Assembly (NCBI GenBank): GCA_022508245.1
Contig: JAFLVO010000006.1
Location: 847-64,846 of the forward strand
Source of the DNA: Clostridiales bacterium
Lineage (GTDB): Bacteria > Bacillota > Clostridia > Christensenellales > Borkfalkiaceae
Direction: 5' to 3'
DNA: 64,000 bases
The position numbers and the translations under genes are program-made. Under the pieces are notes generated by a model. That model was not told the origin of the DNA. It saw nothing but the letters and a program-made list of their open reading frames with translations, and ran no database searches. Position 1 is the first letter of the stretch; every line of letters begins with the position of its first letter. Below, one piece after another: positions 1-9,435 of the stretch.

Positions 1-797
1 AGGAGTTTGAAGATTACGTAAACGAACAGTACGAAAAGGCGCTAAAAGCAGAGGCGGAACAGCGCGTAAATGACCGTCTCCAAACGTCTACGCGTGCATG
101 GAACAGGTTTTTAAACGAAATTGCACTCTCCGACGACAGAGGCGTAAAAAGACTCAACCTCAACGCAGACAAGGTCAGAAAGATTAACGGCAACTCAAAT
201 TTGGCACAAGCGTATACTTACGGCAACGCGGAGCAGAAAGCACATTACGACGAGTATATGGCGCGCATAAGAGACCGCGTGGCGGAACTCAAAACAGAGG
301 AGATTAAAAATCTCGAAAAGTTAAAAGAGGAATGCGCTCAAACAGAGAAAGAGTACAGGGAAGAATATACAAAAGCCGGCAAAGTAAAACTCCGGGAAGA
401 ATTTTCGTTCGGAAAACTTTACCGGATATTTGTCATTTTATGTATAGCATTATTGTTCGGCGCGTGTACGGGAATTTTCGGCTATGCGTGTTCCAACAAT
501 GAGCCGATGCTGGGAATTTCGTTTTTTGAATTAGATTACAGCGACGTCGGTACTTATATGGGAAGCTTCCTGATATTTGCTGTAGCTTCCGGTGTGGGCG
601 GCGCCGTGTTTGCGCTCTTGCCGACGGCAATTTTCCTGGTGCCTATAAACAACTCGGTTAATAATAACAATACAAAATATTACCGCTTAAAAAATAAGGA
701 GAACGCGCTTAATACTCAAAAAGCAAAAGTAGTGGCATCTCAAACCGCCATTCAATTATACGAACGGTATCTCAAAAACAGCAATAAAGCGCATTAA
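1..797 (+). CDS. hypothetical coiled-coil protein with C-terminal transmembrane helices (5' end outside window)
   Basis: The frame of ORF 201..797 stays open back to nt 3 (EFEDYVNEQYEKALKAEAEQ...), so the start lies upstream of the window. K/E-rich helical part, then hydrophobic helices (IFVILCIALLFGACTGIFGY, FLIFAVASGVGGAVFALLPTAIFLV). No family recognised. Confidence 0.6.
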   Translation, partial: EFEDYVNEQYEKALKAEAEQRVNDRLQTSTRAWNRFLNEIALSDDRGVKRLNLNADKVRKINGNSNLAQAYTYGNAEQKAHYDEYMARIRDRVAELKTEEIKNLEKLKEECAQTEKEYREEYTKAGKVKLREEFSFGKLYRIFVILCIALLFGACTGIFGYACSNNEPMLGISFFELDYSDVGTYMGSFLIFAVASGVGGAVFALLPTAIFLVPINNSVNNNNTKYYRLKNKENALNTQKAKVVASQTAIQLYERYLKNSNKAH

Positions 798-835
798 TTT
801 ATAAGTACTTAACGAAAAGAGTAATTTATTATAAT

Positions 836-872
836 CCCCCGCCCGACTGCTTCTGCGGTCGGGCGGGGTTTG
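836..872 (+). terminator. intrinsic terminator-like hairpin
   Basis: 11-bp GC stem ccccgcccgac (837-847) / gtcgggcgggg (858-868), followed by ttt. Confidence 0.65.
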
Positions 873-1035
873 TACAAGCCCGAAAATACGGTATTTATTA
901 AAATATATTACATATCCGAAAAATACATAAAGTTATCCGTTTTGTGTATGTACTTGTTGTTTGGCAAGTTCTATAATTATTTTGTTATAGTATGCGCAAA
1001 ATTCGTGCGCAAAATAAAAATTAAAGAGGTATAAG

Positions 1036-2019
1036 ATGTCTGTCAAAGAAATGATTGACGAACTTGTAGAGAAGCTTGGATACACGGGTATAGTTCCCGT
1101 AATCAAGCTCGATAAAGTAGAGGATGCCGAAAAGCTTGCAAAAGCTCTCCGCGACGGCGGTATTAACTGCGCCGAGGTAACTTTCCGCGCAAAGGGTGCG
1201 GACGAAGTTATTAAGAGGATGACCAAAGCCTATCCCGATATGCTTGTCGGCGCGGGTACGGTTTTAACCTGCGAACAGGTGGACGCGGCTATCAAAGCGG
1301 GCGCTAAATTCTGCGTTGCGCCCGGACTCAATCCCAAAGTTATTAAACACTGCCTCGACAAGGGCGTTCCCTTCGCTCCGGGACTTTCTTCCGCAAGCGA
1401 AATCGAACAGGCTCTCGAATTGGGGCTTGATTTTTGCAAATTCTTCCCCGCAGAACAGGCGGGCGGACTTGCCTACATAAAGGCAGTCTGCGGTCCCTAT
1501 TCCACTATGCGCTTTATGCCTACTGGCGGCATCACCGCGGACAACCTCAATTCTTACCTTGCATACAACAAAATTGTTTGCTGCGGAGGAAGCTGGATAG
1601 TTCCTTCCGCACTTCTTGCAGCAGGAGACTGGGAGGGCATAACCAAGCTCTGCCGCGAGGCCGTCGATAAGATGCTCGGCTTCGAAGTCGTTCACGTAGG
1701 GCTCAACTGCGCCAACCCCGAAGAGGCGGAAAGCGTTGCCGACGAGTTCGACTCGGCTTTCGGTTTTACCAAAAAAGTGGGCAACAGCTCGGTATTCGCC
1801 GCAACCTATATCGAGATGATGAAAAAGCCTTTCCACGGTACGCACGGACATATAGCAGTTGCAACCAATTCGGTATCGCGCGCACTTTATCATCTTGAAC
1901 AGCGTGGTTTTAAAGTAAAGGAAGGTTCGCAAAAGTACAACGCTGAGGGCGTTATGAATGTGGCGTATTTGGACCACGAGTTCGGCGGCTTTGCTGTACA
2001 CCTTGTCTTAAAGAAATAA
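1036..2019 (+). CDS. eda: KDPG/KHG aldolase (Eda) fused to a C-terminal VOC/glyoxalase-like domain
   Basis: The N-terminal ~210 aa show the typical Eda pattern (IVPVIKLD, AEVTFR, GAGTVL, FCVAPG, KFFPAE, MPTGGI). The C-terminal ~115 aa (GFEVVHVGLNC...GHIAVATN...FAVHLV) look like a VOC beta-alpha-beta-beta-beta module. RBS aaagaggt upstream. Confidence 0.85.
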   Translation: MSVKEMIDELVEKLGYTGIVPVIKLDKVEDAEKLAKALRDGGINCAEVTFRAKGADEVIKRMTKAYPDMLVGAGTVLTCEQVDAAIKAGAKFCVAPGLNPKVIKHCLDKGVPFAPGLSSASEIEQALELGLDFCKFFPAEQAGGLAYIKAVCGPYSTMRFMPTGGITADNLNSYLAYNKIVCCGGSWIVPSALLAAGDWEGITKLCREAVDKMLGFEVVHVGLNCANPEEAESVADEFDSAFGFTKKVGNSSVFAATYIEMMKKPFHGTHGHIAVATNSVSRALYHLEQRGFKVKEGSQKYNAEGVMNVAYLDHEFGGFAVHLVLKK

Positions 2020-2190
2020 CTTCTTGGTTGCCGCTTCCTCTGAACGGCGCAATAGTTCGTCAAACTCCGCTTTTTTCGGGTCATTTACCGTTAAGTAAAC
2101 TCCCCGTCAAAAATGCTCGTTTTCCTGCTCTTGCTTGTTCACAGAAAGCGTTTAAAAGCCTTGTGTTAGAAATTGCTTGTTTCTAATCCA
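2020..2190 (+). repeat. Rep-B intergenic palindromic repeat, copy R1 (boundaries approximate)
   Basis: cgcaatagttcg...ccgcttttttcgggtcatttac-cgttaa-gtaaactccccgtcaaaaatgc...cttgcttgtt aligns with the copies at 3287, 32750, 46275, 49235, 50947 and 54655. Confidence 0.8.
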
Positions 2191-2252
2191 AGGGAGTAAA
2201 TCAAACGTTAAATCAAGGAAAAAATAATAATTTTCATATATAAGGAGTATCT

Positions 2253-3284
2253 ATGAAGAAGATTGTAACCATGGGCGAGATAATGCTCCGCCTTTCAACC
2301 CCCAACAACGAAAAATTCATTCAGGCTGACGAGTTTGATATCAACTATGGCGGCGGAGAGGCAAACGTTGCCGTATCCTGCGCCAACTACGGACACAAGG
2401 CGGAATTCGTAACTGCAGTTCCTGATAACGAAATCGGCGAGTGCGCAGTTGCGGCGCTCAGAAAGTACGGCGTTGAGACCGACCATATTGCAAAGTGCGG
2501 AGAAAGACTTGGTATTTACTATCTTGAGACGGGTTCTTCGGTAAGACCTTCAAAAGTCGTTTACGACAGAGCTCATTCATCGATTTCAACTGCTACCGCT
2601 AAAGATTTCGATTTCGACGCAATCTTCGAGGGCGCAGACTGGTTCCACTTCACGGGCATTACTCCCGCAGTATCCGACAGTGCGGCTGTCCTTACCGAAG
2701 AAGCCTTAAAGGCAGCTAAAAAGCACGGCGTAACTGTTTCCGTTGACCTCAATTTCCGTAAAAAACTGTGGTCGAGCGAAAAGGCTAAAAAGGTTATGAC
2801 CAGCCTCATGAAGTACGTTGACATATGTATCGGCAACGAAGAGGACGCAGACCTCGTTCTCGGCTACAAGCCCGGCAAGACGGACGTTACGAGCGGAGAT
2901 TTGGAGCTTGCAGGCTACAAGGATATATTTGAGAGAATGTGCAAAGACTTGGGCTTTAAGTATGCGATTTCTTCACTCCGCGTAAGCCACTCGGCATCCG
3001 ATAACGGCTGGTCGGCTTGCATCTACAAAGCTGAAACAAAGGAATTCTATCATTCAAAATCCTATTCTCTTCATCCCATCGTTGACCGCGTAGGCGGCGG
3101 CGACAGCTTCGCGGGCGGTGTAATCTGCGGCTTCCTCGACGGAAAAGATTTCAAATCCGCTCTCGAGTTCGGCGTTGCGGCATCCGCATTGAAGCACACA
3201 ATTCCCGGCGACTTCAACTTAGTATCCCGTAAAGAAGTAGAGGCTCTTGCGGGTGGCGACGGCTCGGGCAGAGTACAGAGATAA
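2253..3284 (+). CDS. kdgK: 2-dehydro-3-deoxygluconokinase (PfkB family)
   Basis: PfkB sugar-kinase pattern (GEIMLRL N-terminus, GGGEANVAV, C-terminal GGGDSFAGG). RBS aaggag. Sits between eda and kduI. Confidence 0.9.
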   Translation: MKKIVTMGEIMLRLSTPNNEKFIQADEFDINYGGGEANVAVSCANYGHKAEFVTAVPDNEIGECAVAALRKYGVETDHIAKCGERLGIYYLETGSSVRPSKVVYDRAHSSISTATAKDFDFDAIFEGADWFHFTGITPAVSDSAAVLTEEALKAAKKHGVTVSVDLNFRKKLWSSEKAKKVMTSLMKYVDICIGNEEDADLVLGYKPGKTDVTSGDLELAGYKDIFERMCKDLGFKYAISSLRVSHSASDNGWSACIYKAETKEFYHSKSYSLHPIVDRVGGGDSFAGGVICGFLDGKDFKSALEFGVAASALKHTIPGDFNLVSRKEVEALAGGDGSGRVQR

Positions 3285-3286
3285 AT

Positions 3287-3415
3287 TACTTCTCTGCCAC
3301 TTCCTCTAAGCATCGCAATACTGTGTCGTGCTGTGGCAACCCTCAGTCATTTACATCAAAGTAAACTCCTTCGGGTTTTCCTCGCACTCCTTGTCTTGCT
3401 CGCTTATAGAAAGTG
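3287..3415 (+). repeat. Rep-B intergenic palindromic repeat, copy R2
   Basis: catcgcaatactgtgtcgtgctgtggcaaccctcagtcatttac-atcaaa-gtaaactccttcgggttttcctcgcactccttgtcttgctcg. Closest to copy R6. Confidence 0.85.
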
Positions 3416-3449
3416 TGTAATTACAAGAATAAAGAATAAGGTGGGAATA

Positions 3450-4295
3450 ATGAAAGTAGCTTTCAGAACTCACGATTTGGGCGTAAAGGGTTTACAGCCC
3501 GCAATAGATAAATGTAAAGCCTCGGGAATTTCCGCCGTTCAGCTCGTTGCGTACAAATTTCTTGAAGAAATAAAGTATGCTCCGAACGCATTGAACGACG
3601 AAAATTCCAAAGTTATCGGCGCCGCGCTAAAGGAGGCGGGGATAGACGTGCCCTTAATCGGCGCGTACTTCAATCCCGTTCACTCCGACAAGCAAAAGGT
3701 AGCAAATTGCAAGCAGATATTCAAAGATTATCTTAAATACAGCAAAAATCTGGGTTGCAATATTGTCGGCTCGGAGACTGGCAGCTTTAACGACGACAAG
3801 TGGACCTACAACCCCTTGAACCGTACTCCCGAGGCGCTTGACACCGTAATAGAAACCTTTTCCGAGCTTGCGGACTATGCAAAGAGCGTAGGGGCAAACG
3901 TCGGAATGGAGGGCGCCGCGGGTCACGTTTGCTACAACGTTGCAACCTTAAACAAGGCGATAAAGGCAATCGGAGCGGACAATATTAAGGTAATTTTCGA
4001 TATCTACAACTATCTCGATGCTTCCAATTATAAAAACTATCTTGAAATTTTCGACGAGGGCTTAAAGACCTTCGACGGAAATATCCTCCTTTTCCACATA
4101 AAGGACTGCGTGTTCGAAGAGGGGAAATTAAAACAGGTCGCACCCGGCAATGGCATGTTCGACTTCGATAAAATTCTCAAAAAAATCAAGTCGTACGACA
4201 AAAACGCATACCTCGTGCTCGAGGGCACGACGGGCGCGGACATAGAACCCTGTATGCAGTTCATTCAAAATAAATGGGAGGACATAAAACTATGA
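3450..4295 (+). CDS. sugar phosphate isomerase/epimerase (xylose-isomerase-like TIM barrel)
   Basis: Start moved to ATG 3450 ([11 protein letters not shown]), preceded by aaggtggg. The upstream part of ORF 3333.. is Rep-B read-through. AP_endonuc_2-like pattern ([22 protein letters not shown]). Confidence 0.75.
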   Translation: MKVAFRTHDLGVKGLQPAIDKCKASGISAVQLVAYKFLEEIKYAPNALNDENSKVIGAALKEAGIDVPLIGAYFNPVHSDKQKVANCKQIFKDYLKYSKNLGCNIVGSETGSFNDDKWTYNPLNRTPEALDTVIETFSELADYAKSVGANVGMEGAAGHVCYNVATLNKAIKAIGADNIKVIFDIYNYLDASNYKNYLEIFDEGLKTFDGNILLFHIKDCVFEEGKLKQVAPGNGMFDFDKILKKIKSYDKNAYLVLEGTTGADIEPCMQFIQNKWEDIKL

Positions 4296-5161
4296 AATTT
4301 GACGTAAGGTATTCAAATCATCCCGACGATTCCAAGCATTACGACACAAAGGAACTGAGGGAAAAATATCTCATTGAAAAACTTTTTGAAGACGACGAAA
4401 TTCTTTTGACCTATTCTCATCAGGACAGAATTATCGCGGGCGGCGTAAAGCCCGTTAAAAAGTCTTTATCGCTCGGCACCTTCAAGGAGCTTGCTACCGC
4501 TTACTTCCTTGAAAGAAGAGAGCTTGGTATGATAAATATCGGCGGCGCGGGCGTAGTAACTTTGGACGGCAAAAAATACGAAATAGGCCATAAAGAGGGC
4601 TTGTACGTAGGTATGGGAACAAAAGAAGTGGAATTTTCTTCCAAAGACCCCCAATGCCCCGCTAAATTCTACGTGAACTCCAGCCCTGCGCACAAGAGCT
4701 ATCCCACGGTTAAAATAGTTAAACCCGTGGAGGGAGTGCCCGCACCCGAGGGCACGAGATACTGTGTTCAAAGGCACCTCGGCACCGAGGCCGGCATGAA
4801 CAAGCGCACAATCAACCAGTTTATTATCGGCGACGTGTGCGAGAGCTGTCAGCTTGCCATGGGCATGACCGAGCTTGCAGAGGGCAGCGGTTGGAACACC
4901 CTTCCCAGCCACACGCACGAGAGAAGAATGGAAGTATATATGTACTTCGAAGTTCCCGAAGAGGAGGCGGTTATCCACCTTATGGGCAAACCCGACGAAA
5001 CCCGCCACATAATCATGCACAACGAGCAGGCGGTCATTTCGCCCAGCTGGTCGATTCATACGGGCATAGGTACGCACAACTACACCTTCATCTGGGGTAT
5101 GTGCGGCGAAAATCAAGCCTACGACGATATGGACAATATCAAAACCAAGGACTTAAAATAA
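4292..5161 (+). CDS. kduI: 5-dehydro-4-deoxy-D-glucuronate isomerase
   Basis: [32 protein letters not shown] is a KduI-type N-terminus with a cupin core. The ATG overlaps the upstream stop (ATGA). RBS gggagg. Confidence 0.88.
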   Translation: MKFDVRYSNHPDDSKHYDTKELREKYLIEKLFEDDEILLTYSHQDRIIAGGVKPVKKSLSLGTFKELATAYFLERRELGMINIGGAGVVTLDGKKYEIGHKEGLYVGMGTKEVEFSSKDPQCPAKFYVNSSPAHKSYPTVKIVKPVEGVPAPEGTRYCVQRHLGTEAGMNKRTINQFIIGDVCESCQLAMGMTELAEGSGWNTLPSHTHERRMEVYMYFEVPEEEAVIHLMGKPDETRHIIMHNEQAVISPSWSIHTGIGTHNYTFIWGMCGENQAYDDMDNIKTKDLK

Positions 5162-5303
5162 TTTAAATTGTGCATTTGCTACGCAATTGCTTGCAACTTC
5201 CCAATTTATAAATAATGACAATGATAGGGGGGTACGGATATTAAATTCCAACCGCACCCGTTGAAAAATACAAGAAAAAATAATAAACGAGGTAAAAATT
5301 AAA

Positions 5304-6434
5304 ATGGCACAACTTTTATTCAAAGACGTAAACAAAGTTTATCCCAACGGATACCATGCCGTACACGATTTTAATATGGAAATCAAGCACGGCGAATTTA
5401 TCTGCCTTGTCGGCGATTCGGGCTGCGGTAAATCAACTACCCTTCGTATGATTGCGGGACTTGAAGACATCACTGCGGGCGAGTTCTACATTGACGGAAA
5501 GCTTGCAAATCAGATGTCCTCGCGCGACAGAGGAATTGCAATGGTATTCCAGTCCTACGCGCTCTATCCCCACCTTACGGTTGCCGAAAATCTCGGTTTC
5601 GGACTCACGCTCGAAGGTATCGACGCAGACGTCATCGACGAGAGAGTTGCGGCTACGGCAAAAATTCTCGGCTTGACCGACTATCTTGAAAGATTCCCCC
5701 GTCAGCTCTCCGGCGGTCAGTGTCAGCGTGTGGCGGTAGGCCGTGCGCTCATAAGAAAGGTTTCAATCTTCCTTATGGACGAACCCTTATCCAACCTTGA
5801 CGCAAAACAGCGTGTTACAATGCGTTCTGAAATCAAGCAGATTCATCGTTCGGTAGGTGCAACAACTATCTACGTAACCCACGACCAGACCGAGGCTATG
5901 ACCATGTCGGACAGAATAGTCGTTATGAGATCGGGCGGCTACGTTCAGCAGATAGGCACCCCCTACGAGCTGTATTTCTATCCCAAGAACCTGTTCGTTG
6001 CGGGCTTTATAGGCGAGCCTCCCATGAACTTTATCCGCGGCACGGTTGAAAACGGCCACTTCAAGACGGAAACGCTTGACCTCGATATTAAGCCCATCGT
6101 CAAGGACGCCAATGCAATCGAGGGTAAGAAGGTCGTATTTGCGTTCAGACCCGAGGCAGTCGAGGTTTACGGCGTCGAAAAGAAGGGCGCTGCCAAACCC
6201 GCGGCAAAGACAGAGGGCTACGTAATTTCTTCCAACGTTGACTTAACCGAGCTTCTCGGCGACACCACCAACGTGTACGCAAACGTAGGCAACGTAAACG
6301 TAATTCTCAAAATCAATCCTCACCACACTCCCGAAATGGGCTCGGAATTCAAATTCGTTATTCCTCACAAGGCTGCATACCTCTTCGATGCAGAGACCGA
6401 GGAGGTTATCGAAAGCGGTTTGGAAAGACACTGA
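5304..6434 (+). CDS. sugar ABC transporter ATP-binding protein (MsmK/MalK/UgpC type)
   Basis: Walker A GDSGCGKST, signature LSGGQCQRVAVGRAL, Walker B IFLMDEPLSNLD, H-loop YVTHD, plus a C-terminal MalK-like regulatory domain. Confidence 0.9.
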   Translation: MAQLLFKDVNKVYPNGYHAVHDFNMEIKHGEFICLVGDSGCGKSTTLRMIAGLEDITAGEFYIDGKLANQMSSRDRGIAMVFQSYALYPHLTVAENLGFGLTLEGIDADVIDERVAATAKILGLTDYLERFPRQLSGGQCQRVAVGRALIRKVSIFLMDEPLSNLDAKQRVTMRSEIKQIHRSVGATTIYVTHDQTEAMTMSDRIVVMRSGGYVQQIGTPYELYFYPKNLFVAGFIGEPPMNFIRGTVENGHFKTETLDLDIKPIVKDANAIEGKKVVFAFRPEAVEVYGVEKKGAAKPAAKTEGYVISSNVDLTELLGDTTNVYANVGNVNVILKINPHHTPEMGSEFKFVIPHKAAYLFDAETEEVIESGLERH

Positions 6435-6458
6435 TTATAATAGATGCCGATACTTTAC

Positions 6459-6487
6459 GGCGGGCGACGCTGCTAATGTCGCCCGCC
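6459..6487 (+). promoter_or_regulatory. intercistronic GC-rich stem-loop (no U-tract)
   Basis: ggcgggcgac (6459-6468) / gtcgcccgcc (6478-6487), with a 9-nt loop. Lies between the ATPase gene and uxaB. Confidence 0.45.
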
Positions 6488-6515
6488 TAAATGATTAAAG
6501 ACAGGAGATTAAACA

Positions 6516-7970
6516 ATGCAGGTATTGAATAAAAGCATTTTAAAAAAGAGCGTGCCACAAAGAAAGATTAAAATTCTTCAGTTCGGCGAGGGCAACTTTT
6601 TAAGAGCATTCGTAGAGTGGATAATTCAGGATTTGAATGACAAGGGTGCAATAAATGCGGGTGTTGCAGTAGTTCAGCCCATGCCCTTCGGCAGGGTTGC
6701 CGACCTTGCAAAACAGGACGGACTTTATACTCTTCGTTTAGAGGGAATTGACAAGGGTCAGAAGGTTAAATCCAGCCGGATTATTGACGTAATTGCCGAC
6801 TGCCTCAATCCCTTTGAGGAATATGAAAAATATTTAAAATACGGCGAGAGCGAGGATTTGGAGATTATTATTTCCAACACCACCGAGGCGGGAATTGCCC
6901 TCGATCCCACGGACACGGATTTCTCGGTCTGCCCTAAAAGCTATCCCGGCAAACTTTTGGCGCTCTTAAAGAGGCGCTACGACCATTTCAAGGGCGATAA
7001 TAGCAAGGGTCTTGCAATTATCCCTTGCGAGCTTATCGACAACAACGGCGACGAGCTTTACAGGTGCCTTTTAGAGCTTGCCAAAATCAACAAAATGGAC
7101 GGAAAGTTTATCGAGTGGATAAAGACTGCCAACCATTTCACGTCTACACTTGTAGACAGAATTGTTCCCGGCTATCCCAAGAACGAGATAGAAGAAATTC
7201 AGAAAGAAACGGGCTATATCGACAACAACGTCGTAAAGGGCGAAATTTTCCACCTTTGGGTTCTTAAAAAAGAGCCTCATATTCAGAAGGTGTTCCCTGC
7301 GGACAGCACGGGGCTCAACGTAATCTTTGCCGACGACATCAAGCCCTACAAGCAGAGAAAGGTTAAAATTTTGAACGGTTCGCACACCGCGCTCGTTCCC
7401 GTTGCATACCTTTGCGGTATAGACACGGTAGGCGAGTCGGTAAACGACCCCGTAATCGGCAAGTACGTGCGCGATTTCGTATTCGAAGAGGTCAATCCCA
7501 CGATTGCTCTTCCTCAGGACGAGATGACGGCATTTGCAAACAGCGTTATTGAAAGGTATCAGAACCCCTTCATCCGCCACGAGCTTATGTCCATTGCTCT
7601 CAACTCCACCACCAAGTTCAGAACGAGACTTTTGCCCACGCTTGAAGACTATATCCGTATTACGGGCAAACTTCCCAAACATCTTTTGTTCTCGTTTGCG
7701 GCAATAGTCGAGTTCCACAAGGGCAAGAGGGGCAACGAGGATATCGCGCTCAACGACGCACCCGAGTATTTAAGCTATTGGAAAAAGCTTTGGGAAGAGT
7801 ATGACGGCGACTGCCGCAAGCTCGCTCAAAAGGCGCTCGCCTGGGAAGGCGCTTGGGGGCAGGACCTCAACAAACTCCACCCCGATATTACCGAGACGGT
7901 TGCGGGATTTATTTGCGACATAGAAAAGAAAGGTATGAAAAAGGCGGTAGAGGATTTCGTAAATGCTTAA
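6516..7970 (+). CDS. uxaB: tagaturonate reductase (altronate oxidoreductase)
   Basis: Long-chain mannitol-dehydrogenase family pattern (ILQFGEGNFLRAF N-terminal Rossmann, LVDRIVPG). Adjacent to uxaA and uxaC. Confidence 0.88.
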   Translation: MQVLNKSILKKSVPQRKIKILQFGEGNFLRAFVEWIIQDLNDKGAINAGVAVVQPMPFGRVADLAKQDGLYTLRLEGIDKGQKVKSSRIIDVIADCLNPFEEYEKYLKYGESEDLEIIISNTTEAGIALDPTDTDFSVCPKSYPGKLLALLKRRYDHFKGDNSKGLAIIPCELIDNNGDELYRCLLELAKINKMDGKFIEWIKTANHFTSTLVDRIVPGYPKNEIEEIQKETGYIDNNVVKGEIFHLWVLKKEPHIQKVFPADSTGLNVIFADDIKPYKQRKVKILNGSHTALVPVAYLCGIDTVGESVNDPVIGKYVRDFVFEEVNPTIALPQDEMTAFANSVIERYQNPFIRHELMSIALNSTTKFRTRLLPTLEDYIRITGKLPKHLLFSFAAIVEFHKGKRGNEDIALNDAPEYLSYWKKLWEEYDGDCRKLAQKALAWEGAWGQDLNKLHPDITETVAGFICDIEKKGMKKAVEDFVNA

Positions 7971-9435
7971 AAAGACTATAATTATAAATCCGCTCGATAA
8001 CGTCGCGGTTGCCCTTTGCGACCTTAAAAAGGGGGAAGCGCACGAGGGCGTGACTCTTACTGAGGATATAACTAAAGGGCATAAATTCACCCTCCACGCA
8101 ATAAAGAAAGGGGAAAACATAATAAAATACGGTAGCCCCATCGCCTGCGCAACGCAAGATATTCCCGTAGGCGCGCACGTGCATACGCACAACGTGCAGA
8201 CAAATCTTTCGGAAAATCTCGAATACACATATAATAAAATTCCCACCGGCCTGCCCGCTGTAAAAAACCGCAAAGTTAAGGTTTACGAGCGCGCTAACGG
8301 CGACGTGGGTATAAGAAACGAGCTTTGGGTTATTCCCACCGTGGGCTGTGTAAACGGACAGGCAAAGCTTATAGTCGATACCTTTAAGGAAAAGTACGGA
8401 GAAAAGGGCTTTGACGGAGTGTTCACTTACACGCACCCCTATGGATGCTCTCAGCTTGGCGACGACCACGAGAGAACCAAGCTCATCTTGCAGAAGATGG
8501 TAAAGCACCCCAACGCGGGCGGTGTCCTTGTGCTCGGGCTCGGCTGTGAAAACAACCAGATGTCGGCCTTCAAGGAAGGAATCGGCAAGGTTGACGAAAG
8601 CAGAGTTAAGTTCCTCGTCTGTCAGGAAGTGGAGGACGAAATTTCCTCTGGCGTTGAGCTTTTAAAAGAGATTGCCGAGGTTATCAAGCACGACAAGAGG
8701 GTGGAAAGGGATATTTCCTGCCTCAAAGTGGGTTTGAAGTGCGGCGGCTCGGACGGACTTTCGGGCATAACCGCAAACCCGCTCGTCGGACTTTTCAGCG
8801 ACTACATAGTAGCCGCAGGCGGCACTACCGTGCTTTCGGAGGTTCCCGAAATGTTCGGCGCGGAACAGCTGCTCATGAACAGAGCCAAGAACAAGGCAAC
8901 CTTTGAAAAGGTAGTCAAGCTCATAAACGACTTCAAGGACTACTTCCGCCGTAACGGACAGACGGTCTACGAAAATCCCTCGCCCGGCAACAAGGCGGGC
9001 GGAATTACAACGCTTGAGGATAAGTCACTCGGCTGTACTCAAAAATCGGGCGCAGGTCCCGTAGAGGACGTTGTTTTTGACGACGGATTCGTAACTCACA
9101 AGGGGTTAAACCTTTTGAACGGTCCCGGCAACGACATGTGCGCCGTAACCAACATTGCGGCGGCGGGCTGTCATCTTGTTTTGTTTACCACGGGCAGAGG
9201 AACGCCCTTCGGCGGGTTCGTTCCCACTCTTAAAATAGCAACCAATTCCGACCTTGCAAAGAACAAGGCTAATTGGATAGACTTCAACGCGGGCGCGGTT
9301 TTGGAGAGCGACTTCAAGACCCAGCTTGAAAAGCTAATAGATTTAATCGTCGAAACGGCAAACGGCAAGCCGACGAAGAACGAAATAAACCACACCAAAG
9401 AAATTGCAATTTTCAAAACGGGGGTAACTTTATAA
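7963..9435 (+). CDS. uxaA: altronate dehydratase
   Basis: N-terminal SAF domain (INPLDNVAVAL), then a UxaA-type large domain (GRNELWVIPTVGCVN, GLGCENN, CGGSDG). Overlaps the uxaB stop by 8 nt. Confidence 0.9.
   Translation: MLKKTIIINPLDNVAVALCDLKKGEAHEGVTLTEDITKGHKFTLHAIKKGENIIKYGSPIACATQDIPVGAHVHTHNVQTNLSENLEYTYNKIPTGLPAVKNRKVKVYERANGDVGIRNELWVIPTVGCVNGQAKLIVDTFKEKYGEKGFDGVFTYTHPYGCSQLGDDHERTKLILQKMVKHPNAGGVLVLGLGCENNQMSAFKEGIGKVDESRVKFLVCQEVEDEISSGVELLKEIAEVIKHDKRVERDISCLKVGLKCGGSDGLSGITANPLVGLFSDYIVAAGGTTVLSEVPEMFGAEQLLMNRAKNKATFEKVVKLINDFKDYFRRNGQTVYENPSPGNKAGGITTLEDKSLGCTQKSGAGPVEDVVFDDGFVTHKGLNLLNGPGNDMCAVTNIAAAGCHLVLFTTGRGTPFGGFVPTLKIATNSDLAKNKANWIDFNAGAVLESDFKTQLEKLIDLIVETANGKPTKNEINHTKEIAIFKTGVTL

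Noticed and set aside
3333-3449. N-terminal 39 codons of ORF 3333..4295 (MATLSHLHQSKLLRVFLALLVLLAYRKCV...)
   Set aside because: This stretch is the Rep-B copy R2 read in frame with the downstream gene. A good RBS (aaggtggg) and ATG at 3450 give a normal-length TIM-barrel protein.
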